From Macrostomum hystrix (Eukaryota > Animalia > Platyhelminthes), in NCBI GenBank assembly GCA_950097015.1, contig CATNEN010000039.1, positions 19,654,001-19,718,000 of the forward strand: DNA of 64,000 nt. The letters are read 5' to 3'. Below, piece after piece: positions 1-13,074 of this stretch (the stretch's first letter is position 1; the number at the start of each line of letters is the position of its first letter). Below the pieces are notes generated by a model. The model saw only the letters and a list, made by a program, of their open reading frames with translations, made no database searches and had not been told where the DNA came from. Both the position numbers and the translations under genes were made by a program.

Positions 1-849
1 CTGACAAAAAATATAAGCGACTTTTATGATTGAAACTTGTGTGTTAAATGAATTTCAAGTTCTTTGGTAAGTTTGCTATAAATCTCATAAATAGCGGATT
101 GTATTTATCTTAGGGTTAGGCAACAAGCTATAGGTACTAGAAAATAATAAACAAGTTTTATGATGGTCCAACAATAATAGCCTAATAAATGACAGAAGCA
201 AATAAAAACAAACTTAAAGTTTCAAAAAGAGAAGCACTAAACCTGCTGTTTGAAAATGTGTACGAAACAGTTCTATAGGGCAAAGCGATAAAAATTAACA
301 AATAGTTTACGGGTTTAACATGCAACTTTTAAATTGTTAAAAATGTTTAGATGAATGGCAACATCAAAGAGATACATGAACATGTCGTAAAAGGAGCGAA
401 CAAAAATGTAATTAGATATATATTAAAACTCTCTTTGATTTGGTTGCCCGACCACAAAAATATATTAGTTTACGGGTTTTTCGCGAAAAACGCAATTATT
501 TTAGTTTGTTATAATGAGTTTAATTCGCCTTAAAGTTGGTGGACTGCTCAAGTAGCTAAATCCGTGCTAAAGAAATCAGTACCACTAAAAGTAGTTTTAG
601 TAGACAGAAGCTCAGCTTCATATTGTGAGCGTAACAATAGGCACAATGTTAATGGTGGACAGCGAATCAACGTCACAATGGATAGAGCACGTTTGTTGCA
701 TGCATTTCAATAATATTTTTTTAGCTAACAATATTGGGTATTTAAAGCAAATAAAAAGCATAGAGTGTAAAGCAGCGAATCGCAATTCACACATTTTTTG
801 GAGTTTTTACGCAACAAATTGATGTACTCGTATCTGGCGTACTCTCAAA

Positions 850-3800
850 TCAAACCCAACTGTCGGCAATCGGCTGCTGCTGCTGGCTGTGCTTCGCAGT
901 GGTGGTCTTAGTGGTTGTGCTTGTTGTGCTGTAGCCATAGTTACGCTCGCCTCGGTTAATCTGGGCGTACTGCGGCTCAGAGGCCGTTGTTCGCAACTCC
1001 AGAGTGTTGGCCTGCGAGGTCAGGACGATGATGAAGTAAGGCTTTTGTTTTAATTTTTCAGTTCGTCATACTTAATATTTATTCATTAATTCTTACGAGA
1101 CCCTAAATACCGGAAAATCTTAATATGATGACGAAAAACATGTAATTGAATGAAGCTGTATGCCTAGAAGATCATTTGTCAAGACGATTGGAAAAAAGAA
1201 CCATCAGGCAGGACCCGCAGCCAGCGAGGAGGCATTCCGCTGACTCCTGAGCACACGCTCACACAGGTATGTACATCTGCCCCGACTTTCTCACGTCAGG
1301 CAGTGTACACTTTCACTGTGCCTTGGAGGTTGAATTGCACGGCAAGCCCCCAAGCCTTCTCTCCGCGGCTGCGCCCTAAATGAATGTGGCCTCGCCGCGG
1401 AATCGAGCTCAAGGAACTTGGCGTGAGTGGCCGACGCATTTGCCGCCAAGCAAGTCAAAGTAAGCAAACCTGGAATCCGGCATTGTCGTAGGCTTCGTCG
1501 CCACGAGGTCCTGTCACTCTGATGTTGATGCCGGCTCCACCGCCAGCTGAAGCTGAAGCGGTGGCTGACGAGGAGCTCTGCTGCTGCTGGCTAGTCGTCT
1601 TCTGCCCGGCGGGCGCCGAAGCCGTTGCAGAAGCGCCAGCGGTCTTCTGTTTCTGGCCCTGCTGCTTTTGCAACTGCTGCTGATTGGACTTGTGGGGACC
1701 GCTCCAGCTGAACTCGTCTCGCAAGCGATTTCTAAACGGAATTGGGCGTAAGCTGGAAACTTTATGTAGCTGGGAAAACGGGAAAATGGAAACTATGGGA
1801 AGCTGGGAACTATGGTAAAATGGAAACTATATTAATTATTGGAAACAAAGTGGGAAGCTGGAAGCAATGTTAATCTATAAAATAAATTTAGGAAGCTGAA
1901 AAGTATCTGTAAAAAACTCTTGTCCTAAGCTCACTTGTTGGCGGCGCCCTCTCCGCAGGTGGCAAGGAAAGCGAGCAGGGCGTCAGCGTAGCGGACCACG
2001 GTCTCCGTGTTGCCCGCCGGATTGCCGCTGATGTGCGCCAAGCTGGCCACGGCTCCGCAGCGGAATAGCTCCTCGCCGACGACGTTTGGCTCTCGGCGGA
2101 GAGCAGCGAAGAGAGCCGCGATGACGGCCGCCTGCTGATCTGCTGGTCGACGGGGACCGCCGATTGGCGGCGGCTGCGGCTGCGGCTGCGGCTGCGGCTT
2201 GGCGCCAGCGGTGGCTGCTGGCTGCGCCTGGGCTGGCGGTAGAATCGATGCCAGCAGCTGCACCTGCTGGGCTGTCACCTGAAGTTGGAGTAAATTTAAA
2301 TGCTGCTATCATTTTACAGCTGTGTGAACTGAAGCACGCAATATTTTAAGTGTCTTTCTCAAGGATACAAAATATCTACCTTGGGTTTGGGTCAAACGCG
2401 TCTGCCTCTCGCGCCAAGGTCCCTGAGCTCGATTCCGCAGCGAGGCAACATTGTTTGTGTGTGGGGGGCACACCTATTCTTAATTTCCCCCCAGCTTAAG
2501 TAAATACCCATTTAACAGCCTGGTGAACTGAAGCAAATCAGAGTTACGTATCTTACGAGAGGACACAATTTATACCCGTGGAATCAGGAATCAAAGCCCC
2601 CCCCTATTCAAGTCCTGAGTCCGATGCTCTTAACACGAGGCTAACCATTCCTAAAGAAAACTAAAGTTCAAAGTAAAGATACTGCGATGTACAACATACA
2701 GTTAGTAACAGTTTTCATAGAGTGAGTAATAAGAGGCTCATTAACTTCAAGAAACGTTTCTTAAATATTCCGGAAAACAATTTTAATTGTAGAGTGGTAC
2801 GCCCTTGAGGGCCAACATCCAAGGACACAGTGAGAGTGTGCACTGCATGACGATGAGAAAATCGAGGCAGATGTACACACCTGTGTTAAGGTGTGCTCAG
2901 GAGTTTGTGGAATTGGCAGAACTGCTCCCGACCTGTCGTAATATATAATTAAGGAATATTGTTGCACACCTGGCCAGTAGCCGAGTCCTGAAGCACATTG
3001 CGGTACGCGGTAGCCAGAGTGACCACGGCTGACCAGAGCGGAGGCTCAGCCTGCGCCACCAGCTGGCAGAGCATCAGGTGGCCGTTGGCCGCTCTGAACT
3101 GCTTGCGAAAGTCCACCGCCGGCTGCCAGGAGCAGGCGGACAGGTTCTGAACTGTGCCCGCTGCGGCCTCGAACATGTGCGGTCGTTGGCAGGTGTCCAG
3201 CAGGTGCAGAAGCAGCGGCGCCATGTCCGACGGGCACCAGATGCGGTCCATGCCGTGCATCGGGTTGGGCATTCTGCGTTGGATGATCGGAGACGGCTCT
3301 GGCGCAGCCGCTTTGCCCTTGTTGCCTTTGCCGGCCTGCGAATATGTTTGGTCGGGTGTCACAGCCTATGAGTTACTTCGGTTAGTATAAGCAAAATTTG
3401 GATTTAGTGATAGAGGAGCTCTATTCTGCCCATTTCGCTGACTGCTAGTAAATACACACAGACGCACACACACACACAGACACACACACAGATACCGAAC
3501 GCAGGCACACAGGTGTGTACATCTGCCCTGACTTTCTCATCGTCAGGCAGTGTACACTTCACTGTGCCTTGGAGGTTGCTTGGAAGGGCGTAAATTGCAC
3601 GACAAGCCCCCAAGCCTTCTCTCCGCTTTCTGCGCCACAAGTAAATGTGGCCTCGCTTGCGGAATCGAGCTCAGGGACCTTGGTGATGGCCGTGTGTTAC
3701 TCACCCCAAATGTTTATGATTTATCCAGTGAATTAATCTTTAATTGGATTATACCATAGATACTAAAATAACTATTTTATAGTAGTATAATAGCATATAG

Positions 3801-6800
3801 TAAATAGTATTTAGTAAATATATTATAGTTATTATAGTATCTATGGATTATACAATGTGAAGTTACACTATGGGCTATTCAGTTTTCAAATGAGACTTTA
3901 CGTCTTGCAGGCTCGTGCTTTCCGAGTGGGAAGGCTGACGGGGTACTTCCGAGCTTTGGGTCTATGGTACTTTTCTGATTACTAAAATATTTTAAAGCTA
4001 TATAGAGCGAGCTAAAAAATGTCAGTTTTTCTTTACATGTTTCTACTTTTTGTCTTCCGTGTCTCATATTTTGCCGTAGTGGAACTCCTAGTGAGGGCGT
4101 TTCACAAACGAGAAACGTTAAAATTTCACGCCGATATTTCACAACGTCGAATCGTACTACAAAGATAGGAGACTTCACAACGTCACAAAGTCTCCTATCT
4201 GTTCAGTACGATTCGTCGTTGTGAAATTTCAACGTCGAGAAATTTTAGCGTTCAAAAATGTAAGTTTTGCGAAAGTGCCCCCGAACTTTGCATGTTCAGA
4301 CGGATAAACTTGTGTGAAACTTGAAAAAATACGCTTTCAAATTTCGAAAAAATTGCCTTACCTGTTGCTTCTGCTTTTGCTGCTGTTCGGCCTTTGGCTG
4401 CCTCGGTCCGCAGCAGGCAAACGGTGACTTCTTCTGAACGGCGCCGGCAGCGGCGGCCCGGGCGGCCGCCTCTTGCCGTTTGAGGTAGCCGGGGTCGTCC
4501 ACCTCCTGGCAGGCGAAGGCCAGATTGCGCACGGCGCACAGGCAGTTCTCTAGGCCGGGCTGGTTCACCTCCAGCTGGGCTGCCTGGGCGGACAGCAGCG
4601 GCCAGACGATGGAGTCCGGCAGGCCGGCCGCCTTGCGCAGTCGGGCGCGCCACTGCTCGCCAGGGGTTGAAGACACAGAGCGGAGCACACCGGAGGCGAG
4701 GTAGAATAGGAAGGTAGCATGCATTGGCTGGTGCACACTGACATATGCGTCGCCACGCAGCTCCAGGCCAGCGTGAGACAGCAGCACCGTCTGGACCTTG
4801 GTGATTTTTCAAATAAATCAAAGCAACATGCGTTGAATTTTATTTAAAATTGCGATTAACGATGAATTGAAACCTTAAACTCAAGCTTGAGTTTAAAATT
4901 AAGCTTTGATGCTTCAACAAGAGGTTCGATTCTTTGTACGGGGGAGTGGCAGAGTGGTTTAACGCGTTTGTGTTACTTCATAGCTTTCATACTTCAACAG
5001 GAGCTTTGATACTTCAACAGGAGCTTTGATACTTCAATGGGAGCTTTGATACTTCAACGAGAGCTTTGATACTTCAACGGGAGCTTTGATACTTCAACGA
5101 GAGCTTTGATACTTCAACGGGAGCTTTGATACTTCAACGGGAGCTTTGATGCTTCAACGGGAGCTTTGATACTTCAACGGGAGCTTTGATACTTCAACGG
5201 GAGCTTTGATACTTCAACGGGAGCTTTGATACTTCAACGGGAGCTTTGATACTTCAACGGGAGCTTTGATACTTCAACGGGAGCTTTGATACTTCAACGG
5301 GAGCTTTGATACTTCAACGGGAGCTTTGATGCTTCAACGGGAGCTTTGATACTTTGGTTGGTAGCTACATGATTAGAGAAGCAATTTTTGAACTTGAAGG
5401 ACCAAAAGCCTAGGGTTTTAATTGTGAATTTAAAGTAAATTTCGCACCAGGGCTTGAACGCATGTGTCGATGACGTCCGGTTTTAAGCTCGGAGTGGAGC
5501 TTATGTTCCACACTGCGGCGCAGGCGATCTCGCGCGACTCCTCATCGCGGCTGTTGGCGATGACGTCGCTGAGCAGTTTCAACACGCCGAGGCGGCACAG
5601 CTCGAGCTTGAGCTCGTCGAGCTTCTGATCGGAGATCGGCTCGCGGTGCTTTATCAGCTCGTCATCCTCATTCGACCTGACAGATAGCGGTGGGGGCAAA
5701 AGTCCGCTCATGTTATAAATCAAACCAGTACATTAACCATCAATTTCCGAACCCGGCCGAGCAAGCACTAACCGAAAGGAGACATTGCGCACAATGCCTA
5801 GCAGATTCCTCAGAAGGTCAAAGCCGCTGCCGCGTCCGCCGCCTACAACCGATTGAAGCAGGGCCACCAATTGTGGTAAGCCGCCTAGCCGGAAGAACTC
5901 CAGCTTGGCGTAATTGTCGGAAAATGTAATGTGCTGGATGAAAGCTGTAGCGTGCAGAATAGTTTCGTCGTTTCCTGAGCGCAAGTAAGCAACGAGATCG
6001 GCCATTGTGGGGTCGCGAAAACCGGCCGTGCCGCTATCGACCGTCTCCACTTGGCGAGACTGCTGGTGCGTTACCGAGCGCTCAGTCTGAGTCTGCATGC
6101 GGGTTTCCTGGCGCATCGTTGACATGGCAACGGCTGCGGATGACTCTTCGTGCAGGTCGATGTCACGCACAGATAGGCCGTAGCCTCCGGCAGCTCTGCC
6201 GCCTCCGGTGCTGCCACCGCCGGCACTGCCCTGAGAGCGCAGTGTCAACGAGGCGCTGCCACCGACGCCACCGGCGATGCGAGCGTTGGGCGAGGGCAGA
6301 GCTACAGGGCAATGAAAGAGGCTATGAAAGCTATTGTCACAAGCTACTTGAAAATTCCCCTCTCTCTCCTTTGTTCAAGATCAACTTCTCAACTTACAGC
6401 CGAGCGAGCCAAACTTGTCAGATCGCGTCAAAGTGAGGCCTCCAACGCCGACACCAACTTCAAGGCCGTCAATATCGTCACTGTGCAGCTCCCTGTAGTT
6501 GACGTATTGGTTCTGATCAACCGCTACTGTAGCCGACTGGCGCGACTGCCTGCCAGCATAATCCAAGCCGGAAGCTTGCGAGGCGTGAAGGCTGCCCGCT
6601 GAAGGTCGCGAACCCTGACGTTTGGTCTCGATGGAGACCGTGTAGTCGTAGCCGACGCCAACGCCTCCACCGCCGTAGCCGTTGACATACTGGGGTGATC
6701 GAGGACCACTGAGGTTGGACACAGAGCCCAGTCGGCCTCCGCCATTGCTGCCGCCTGTCACCTGCCGGCTAGAAGTGGTTGTGGAGTACTCAAAACGCTG

Positions 6801-9384
6801 CTGCTGCGGCGGGAGGTTAGCGTAGCTGCTGTAGTCGTCAGCATCCGGTGGTGGCGGCAGCTGATGTGTGCGGTACTCCAACTGGTCTCTCTGAGCGACC
6901 AGGTGAAGACTACCAGCGCTAGCGGCTCTGATCAATTGTAGTGGGAAATTTGGGTGCGTTTTCATCGTACGCAGTTTAGGGATTTTATTTGGACCCATCT
7001 CAGCAACATACGTACGAATTATCTGAATTATCTGAACAATACATATTTTAGAACAAAAATTTCTCAACAAAAAGAAGCATTAATCCAATGCCACACATTT
7101 TTTCGAGCTTCAGTAGATGACATATTTTAGTTATCTAAGAATAGCTGCTAAATGAAAACTTGTAAGACTGCTGTTTGTTTTTCAAGTCTTGTCATCTCGC
7201 TTCTGTGAGTTCTCCTCGCGTTGAAGCCGTAAGATTACGAGCAGCGCTCGGGTCAATTCTCGATTAAACTAGCAGAAAACTTTATGTAATTGTGTCAAAG
7301 GCCAGTAATCGTTGAAAGGTATAGGTCAGAGAAATATTGTGGCGAGATGAAAGAAGGTCCTCGCTTCACTCCGAGGTGAGGTGACAGCGAGTGCAGAACT
7401 GGCTACTCGTCCCATCATGCCACAGAAAACGACAATAGACTCGCTCGCTACCAGCGAAAAAATAGACACAATTACGGAGTAAAAGGGCCACGAGAAACGC
7501 ACAATGGCCCATACCTCTTTTACAGTCAAAGAAAGCCGGCTAGAAAAGTTTTTGCCTCGTCGTGTAAGAATTCGTGGAGCTAAGAATGGTACGGGGTCGG
7601 ATAGGTTCAGTCATTCTGTCAACCCGTCTGAAAGGCGTCTCTCCAAACTTACTTCTATTCAGTGCCTGACTGAGCAACATTGGCGAAATAAAAAGCGCCC
7701 CCCAAACGATGTAAACTGAAGGGTGGTGAAGAAACGGCATGATTTGGTCACAGAAGATAGACAGTTGATGAACTGAAAGCTTGTCGCGTTTAATTATTAA
7801 AAAGCTCGAATATTTAAAAGTTGTGTTGAATTGAAAAGTTACACTGCCGCGTCAGTTCGATTTTCTAGCCAATGAGCAGAATTTGTACTGTTCATCTATT
7901 AGAGAGGTCGCTGCCCTCTTCTGGAAGCAATGCAGCCTTCTTGTGCTGCTGCGCCCATTGTGCATGAGTCAGCGCTGAAGTGCTTACTTATATCTGAAGG
8001 GGTAGCCTCTCAAGGTCTTCCGTCTCCCTCCCCATCTCTCTCTCTGTGTCTACTAAGTGAGGAGCCATATTCCTACGATACTAAATCATGAGGCAGGCAA
8101 ACAGGCACGCCTAAGTTGTGTCAGAACATAAACCTGTAAGCTTTTCCTTAGTTTTCTTCTTTCCAATGCGTCTACAGTTGGTTGTTCGTTTGCGCGTTCA
8201 GACATTATTTTGCACACCGAACAAATGAGCACACATGCTAAACATTTCTTAGACGCAACACTAAAAGCTCAACTGCGGCTGTAGCTGCGTAAGGCTGTTC
8301 AGTACATGGACTAGGGGCACAACACCCATTCTCAATTACCCCAGCTAAAGCTGGTACCCATATTGTACAAACAGATGCAGATGAAGCAATGCAGAGTGCC
8401 AGGGGGCACTAATTTTTCCCATGAAATCAGGAATCAAACCCCCTCCACAATTTCAAAATCGAGTCATGAGTGCGTGGCTAACCACGTGGCTTACTATTCC
8501 TAAAGACAACCAAAGTTTAACATAGATTTACAGCGATTTACAGCATACATTTAGCAACATTTTTCATAGAGTGTGTGGTAAGAGGCTCATAGAGTGTGTG
8601 GTAAGAGGCTCATAGAGTGTGGTAAGAGGCTCATTAAGTACAAGAAACGTTTTTTAAATATTCTGGAAAACTATTTTCGGTGGAAGAGTGGTGGCAGAGC
8701 GGATAACCATTTTGCCTCTCGCACCAAGCTCCCTGAGCTCGATTCCGCGGCGAGGCCACATTCATAGCGAGAGAAGGCTGGGGGACTTGTCGTACAATTT
8801 ACGCCCTTGAGGGCCAAACTCCAAGGTACAGTGAGAGTGTACACTGCCTGACGATGAGAAATTCAGGGCAGATGTACACACCTGTGTGTGCCTGCGTACA
8901 GTATCTGTGTGCGTGTGTGCTCAGGAGTCAGCGAAATAGGCAGAATGGCCTCCTCGAGTGGAGGGAGTGGCTAGCTGTGGATCTAGTGTCACCAAATGAT
9001 GAGCCATTGCCCGCAGCCCTCCCGCAGTTATAATTATTATTTTATTATAAGCAAATTTCATGCACCAATGATGGTGCCCTTCATATTTACTGCCGGGTCC
9101 ATTTGTCGCGAAATTTAAGCGGCCCAATCTCACCCGGGACTTCGAGGCTGCGCCGCCGCATTACTGTAGCCGACGTCCACGTCGAAGGAAGCGTTGCCCA
9201 AAGAAAACGGCGACGACAGGTCTACGCTGTACTCCACGCCAACTGGCTTGGACGATTCAACCGTGCGCACCTCGGTGCGGTACTCTCGCGAGTATTGTAC
9301 TCCACCGCCGACGTCTTGATAGGAGGCGTCAAGAGAATGTGGTGACCTCTCCGCTGTCAGATAGCTGTCGTGAAATTTAATCAT
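850..9384 (-). CDS. p120/delta-catenin family armadillo-repeat protein (about 1045 aa, 9 coding exons: 9384-9134, 6927-6398, 6301-5773, 5676-5448, 4796-4362, 3365-2970, 2278-1935, 1731-1470, 1011-850)
   Basis: All eight introns are GT-AG with matching phases. ARM-repeat motifs typical of the p120 family (FIQHITF..GGLPQLVALL, ACAAVWNISS, LENCLCAVRNLAF, EAAAGTVQNLSACSW). The last exon ends PIADSWV-stop, the C-terminal PDZ ligand of delta-catenin/ARVCF/p0071. Confidence 0.9.
1209..1449 (-). mobile_element. SINE family A copy (tRNA-derived head), internally deleted
   Basis: Reverse complement of the element at 31473-31817 (GAGCTCGATTCCGCGGCGAGGCCACA, GAGAAAGTC-GGGCAGATGTACA, GCCTCCTCGCTGGCTGCGGGT). 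Boundaries approximate. Confidence 0.85.
2470..2935. mobile_element. Composite block: SINE family B remnant (-), ~140-bp linker, SINE family A remnant (+)
   Basis: Same order and same linker sequence (TTCCTAAAGA...TTTTCATAGAGTG...AAGAGGCTCATTAA...CAAGAAACGTTT...AAATATTC-GGAAAAC) recur at 8285-9045. Confidence 0.7.
3421..3686 (-). mobile_element. SINE family A copy
   Basis: Reverse complement of family A head/body, with (TG)n tract. Boundaries approximate. Confidence 0.85.
4095..4282. repeat. Long imperfect inverted repeat (foldback / MITE-like) in catenin intron
   Basis: AACGTTAAAATTTC..TTTCACAACGTCGAATCGTACT..AGATAGGAGACTT mirrored by AAGTCTCCTATCT..AGTACGATTCGTCGTTGTGAAA..GAAATTTTAGCGTT around a ~10-nt loop at about 4177-4186. 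Confidence 0.8.
4979..5354. repeat. Minisatellite, 20-bp unit GAGCTTTGATACTTCAACGG
   Basis: About 18 near-identical tandem copies, directly after a family A SINE head fragment (4940-4971). Confidence 0.97.
8285..9045. mobile_element. Composite block: SINE B remnant (-), linker with a short triplicated ~22-bp motif, near-complete SINE A (+, about 8687-9045)
   Basis: A-box-like TGGCAGAGCGG and B-box-like GCTCGATTCC in SINE A, TTA-rich tail. Homologous to 2470-2935. Confidence 0.8.
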
Positions 9385-11200
9385 GGGAACTTATGGCGTT
9401 CATTCTAGTCGAGAAGGCACAATTTATGAATCAAATTGACTGACTGGCAATGCATTTTCTGTCTCAGACAAATATTTTTGGAAAGGAAATGAAGAGGCTT
9501 AAGCAAGATCGACTCACACTCGATTGGAGTAGCCGGGGCTGGCCACTGCCGTGGCGGATCCATTGAACGTGGAGAATCGCATGTCAGCCATGTTTTTTGG
9601 ATTGCGCTGCACTGCAAAAAGGACGCGGACTTTCAATGGTTCTTTCTAAGCGTCGAGCTAATTATAATAATTTATAAGAGGAAGACTGTGGATATGCGTA
9701 CGAGCAAAACCTAAAAAATATTTCCGCTCAAAATGTTTGGCTTCTGTAGCTTTAGAGAATGTGCTTACGTACTCTACTTTTGTGTGTAAATAAAGTGCTG
9801 CGAATGCAATTTGTGAATACCCATTAGTAACCTGTCAATTCTACTTTGATAATATATCGTAACCAAAGCTGAGACTGAGACTGATCAGGAACTTACGAAA
9901 TCGGAAGAAGGCTTTGTTCAAGTTTGATGTCTCCGATGCCGATTTTCTTCAAACCCAGGTCAGCCAGCTGGCCAGAATGACGCAAAGTTTCAAAGTTGTC
10001 GCTCTGAAGCAGCGGGAGCAGAGACAGGTAGATCTGCCGCAATTCTCGTAGCCACCCAGTGCTCCCAGTGCTCTCTTACTCTATTTTTCTCTTTGCTGCC
10101 AACCCCAGCTCCGTCTGGAGTTAGACGGCTGAGCCGAGTGGGCTTCAGGTGGGGTAGGGGAAGAGAGCTGGCAGGCAGTGGTTGGCGCGGTCGTGCCACT
10201 GCACCGAAGGCTGTTGGGTGCGAACAGTTGATGCAGAATGTTAAGGTGGACTGCGCGGGTTAGACAAGACTGCAGATGCCTTGTTAGCCAATTTAAGTAG
10301 AGAGCTAAGCTGTGTCGACAAAGAGAGGCTGGTAAAGAAATGTCTGCATAGAAACTCACTTGGCTATTCTAGGCATTCCGATTCAATGAGACTGCCAAAA
10401 ACGGGCGGGTTTAAAATGCATCTGGAACCCCACCTCAGCCCAGTCACCCTTTGGCTGTGCGCATTGCAAAGAGCCACACGTTAAGGGACATTGCAAGCGG
10501 CAACAGCTTAGCCTGGTTTCTGCCTTCTTTATTTCTTTCTCAGTTTCTCCCCACAATGCCCACAGACTGATGAACAATGGAGAAGAAAAACTTAGGCTGA
10601 GAAGTTTTGTAGCGCTTTCAGAAGCAGCCGGCCCTCCGGTTATAATGAGTTGTGCAAAACACGAGGCCTTGCAATCCATTTAAAGGAATGAGGCTAGACT
10701 ATTAGCTGAGACTTGCATGTACACCCCCTATAGACTCCGTGCTTTGCTACTGCTCAAAGGTTCTGCTCGGAGTCTATAGGGCTTTAGACAGAAATTCCTT
10801 TCCGCGTACGAAAAACAGCTCGAAACGTCGCAAGGGACTGTATAATGTCCAGCTTCACGCCCTGCATCTGCTCAAATGATTAGCTGGAAATGATAATAGC
10901 AATAGTGGAATGAACTCAGTGCGGGCAAGCACACAGTCCGTATTTTTCACTCTTCAAACATTTTTTGAGAATAAATAAGTAACAAATAGCGGTTGCTTCG
11001 TAGACGCCTTTGAATATTTCCGAGTGATAATTAATTATTGTTTTTTTTGTTGCTTTAACTGTTAAATTTCATCATCGGATGCGGCAGCTTTTCAGCAATT
11101 TTAAATTTAGAAAAGTCTGATAAACTTAGTGAAAATTGCTCCGGTAAAAATTGGATGTCAACTCAAGGCTCTAGAATGTAGCCAGGGGTTGCTTAGGGTT

Positions 11201-12590
11201 ACCCCAAGCCACCTCATCAGAAATCCCAACCCTCAGAAATCCCAACCCCAAGCTAGATCATCAGGAATCCCAACCCTCAGAAATCCCAACTCCAAGCCAC
11301 CTCATCAGAAATCCCAACCCCAAGCCACCTCATCAGAAATCCCAACCCCAAGCCACCTCATCAGAAATCCCAACCCTCAGAAATCCCAACCCCAAGCTAG
11401 ATCATCAGAAATCCCAACCCTCAGAAATCCCAACCCCAAGCCACCTCATCAGAAATCCCAACCCTCAGAAATCCCAACCCCAAGCCACCTCATCAGAAAT
11501 CCCAACCCCAAGCCACCTCATCAGAAATCCCAACCCCAAGCTAGATCATCAGGAATCCCACCCCAAGCCACCTCATCAGAAATCCCAACCCCAAGCCACC
11601 TCATCAGAAATCCCAACCCTCAGAAATCCCAACCCTCAGAAATCCCAACCCCAAGCCACCTCATCAGAAATCCCAACCCCAAGCCACCTCATCAGAAATC
11701 CCAACCCTCAGAAATCCCAACCCCAAGCTAGGTCATCAGGAATCCAACCCCAAGCTATATAATCAGGAATCCCAACCCTCAGAAATCCCAACCCCAAGCT
11801 AGATCATCAGGAATCCCAACCCCAAGCCACCTCATCAGAAATCCCAATCGCAAGCTGCCTCATCAGAAATCCCAACCCTAAGCTACCTCATCAGAAATCC
11901 CAATCGCAAGCTGCCTCATCAGAAATCCCAACCCTAAGCTACCTCATCAGAAATCCCAATCGCAAGCTGCCTCATCAGAAATCCGAACCCTAAGCTACCT
12001 CATCAGAAATCCCAACCCCAAGCCACCTCATCAGAAATCCCAACCCCAAGCCACCTCATCAGAAATCCGAACCCTAAGCTACCTCATCAGAAATCCCAAC
12101 CCCAAGCCACCTCATCAGAAATCCCAACCCTAAGCTACCTCATCAGAAATCCCAACCCTAAGCTACCTCATCAGAAATCCCAACCCTAAGCTACCTCATC
12201 AGAAATCCCAATCGCAAGCTGCCTCATCAGAAATCCCAACCCTAAGCTACCTCATCAGAAATCCCAATCGCAAGCTGCCTCATCAGAAATCCGAACCCTA
12301 AGCTACCTCATCAGAAATCCCAACCCCAAGCCACCTCATCAGAAATCCCAACCCCAAGCCACCTCATCAGAAATCCCAACCCTAAGCTACCTCATCAGAA
12401 ATCCCAACCCTAAGCTACCTCATCAGAAATCCCAACCCTAAGCTACCTCATCAGAAATCCCAATCGCAAGCTGCCTCATCAGAAATCCCAACCCTAATCT
12501 ACCTCATCAGAAATCCCAACCCTAAGCTACCTCATCAGAAATCCCAATCGCAAGCTGCCTCATCAGAAATCCCAACCCTAAGCTACCTCA
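11201..12590. repeat. Minisatellite, 28-bp unit AAGC(C/T)ACCTCATCAGAAATCCCAACCC(C/T) with 16-bp sub-unit TCAGAAATCCCAACCC
   Basis: Direct tandem repetition over ~1.4 kb, with variant units clustered in blocks. Confidence 0.97.
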
Positions 12591-12758
12591 AGCTGTCGGC
12601 AGTTCTATTTGACGATGAGAAAGTCAGGGCAGATGTGCACACCTATTTGATCGTGTGCCTGTGTACGGTATCTGAGTACGTGTGTGCTCAGTATTTTTCG
12701 AAATTTGCCGAATTGCCTCCTCGCTGGCTGTGGGTCTAGTGTCTAGTTTGGACTTGTA

Positions 12759-13074
12759 CAGTGTTGTGCGCGTTACTCGTTACTTTTTTGCTACGTTTTT
12801 TCCTATTGCCACGGGCTGGTAACGAAAATGAAAGTAACGATAGTAGAAAGTAGTATGGATATGAGAAATGACCGATAAAGAAAGCTGTACGTACCTCGTA
12901 TTTGTGACATGCTTACGTAAAAATAGCAGATTTATATTAAAAATGGAAGAAAACTGAAAGTAACGATTAAAAGTAATGACCGTTACTATTTTTGTTTTTT
13001 TTCGTTACATAATGGTCAGTATAACGATCGTTTTCGCCATCGATGTTAATTTTTGGGTAACGCGTTTAACACTG
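12759..13074. mobile_element. Non-autonomous hAT-type DNA transposon (MITE)
   Basis: Terminal inverted repeats CAGTGTTgtgCGCGTTAC / GTAACGCGtttAACACTG. 8-bp flanking duplication GACTTGTA / GGCTTGTA (7/8). Multiple internal GTAACG/CGTTAC subterminal motifs. Confidence 0.8.

Noticed and set aside
7326-7740. Nested secreted Cys-rich peptide gene in catenin intron 1
   Set aside because: The signal-like ORF and the six-Cys segment are separated by an in-frame TAG, and the available GTAAGT donor is in the wrong phase to join them.
8826-8872. Hammerhead core in SINE A (CTGACGA...GAAA)
   Set aside because: Only 3 nt separate the two motifs, so stem II cannot form, and there is no stem III. The segment folds as a simple hairpin.
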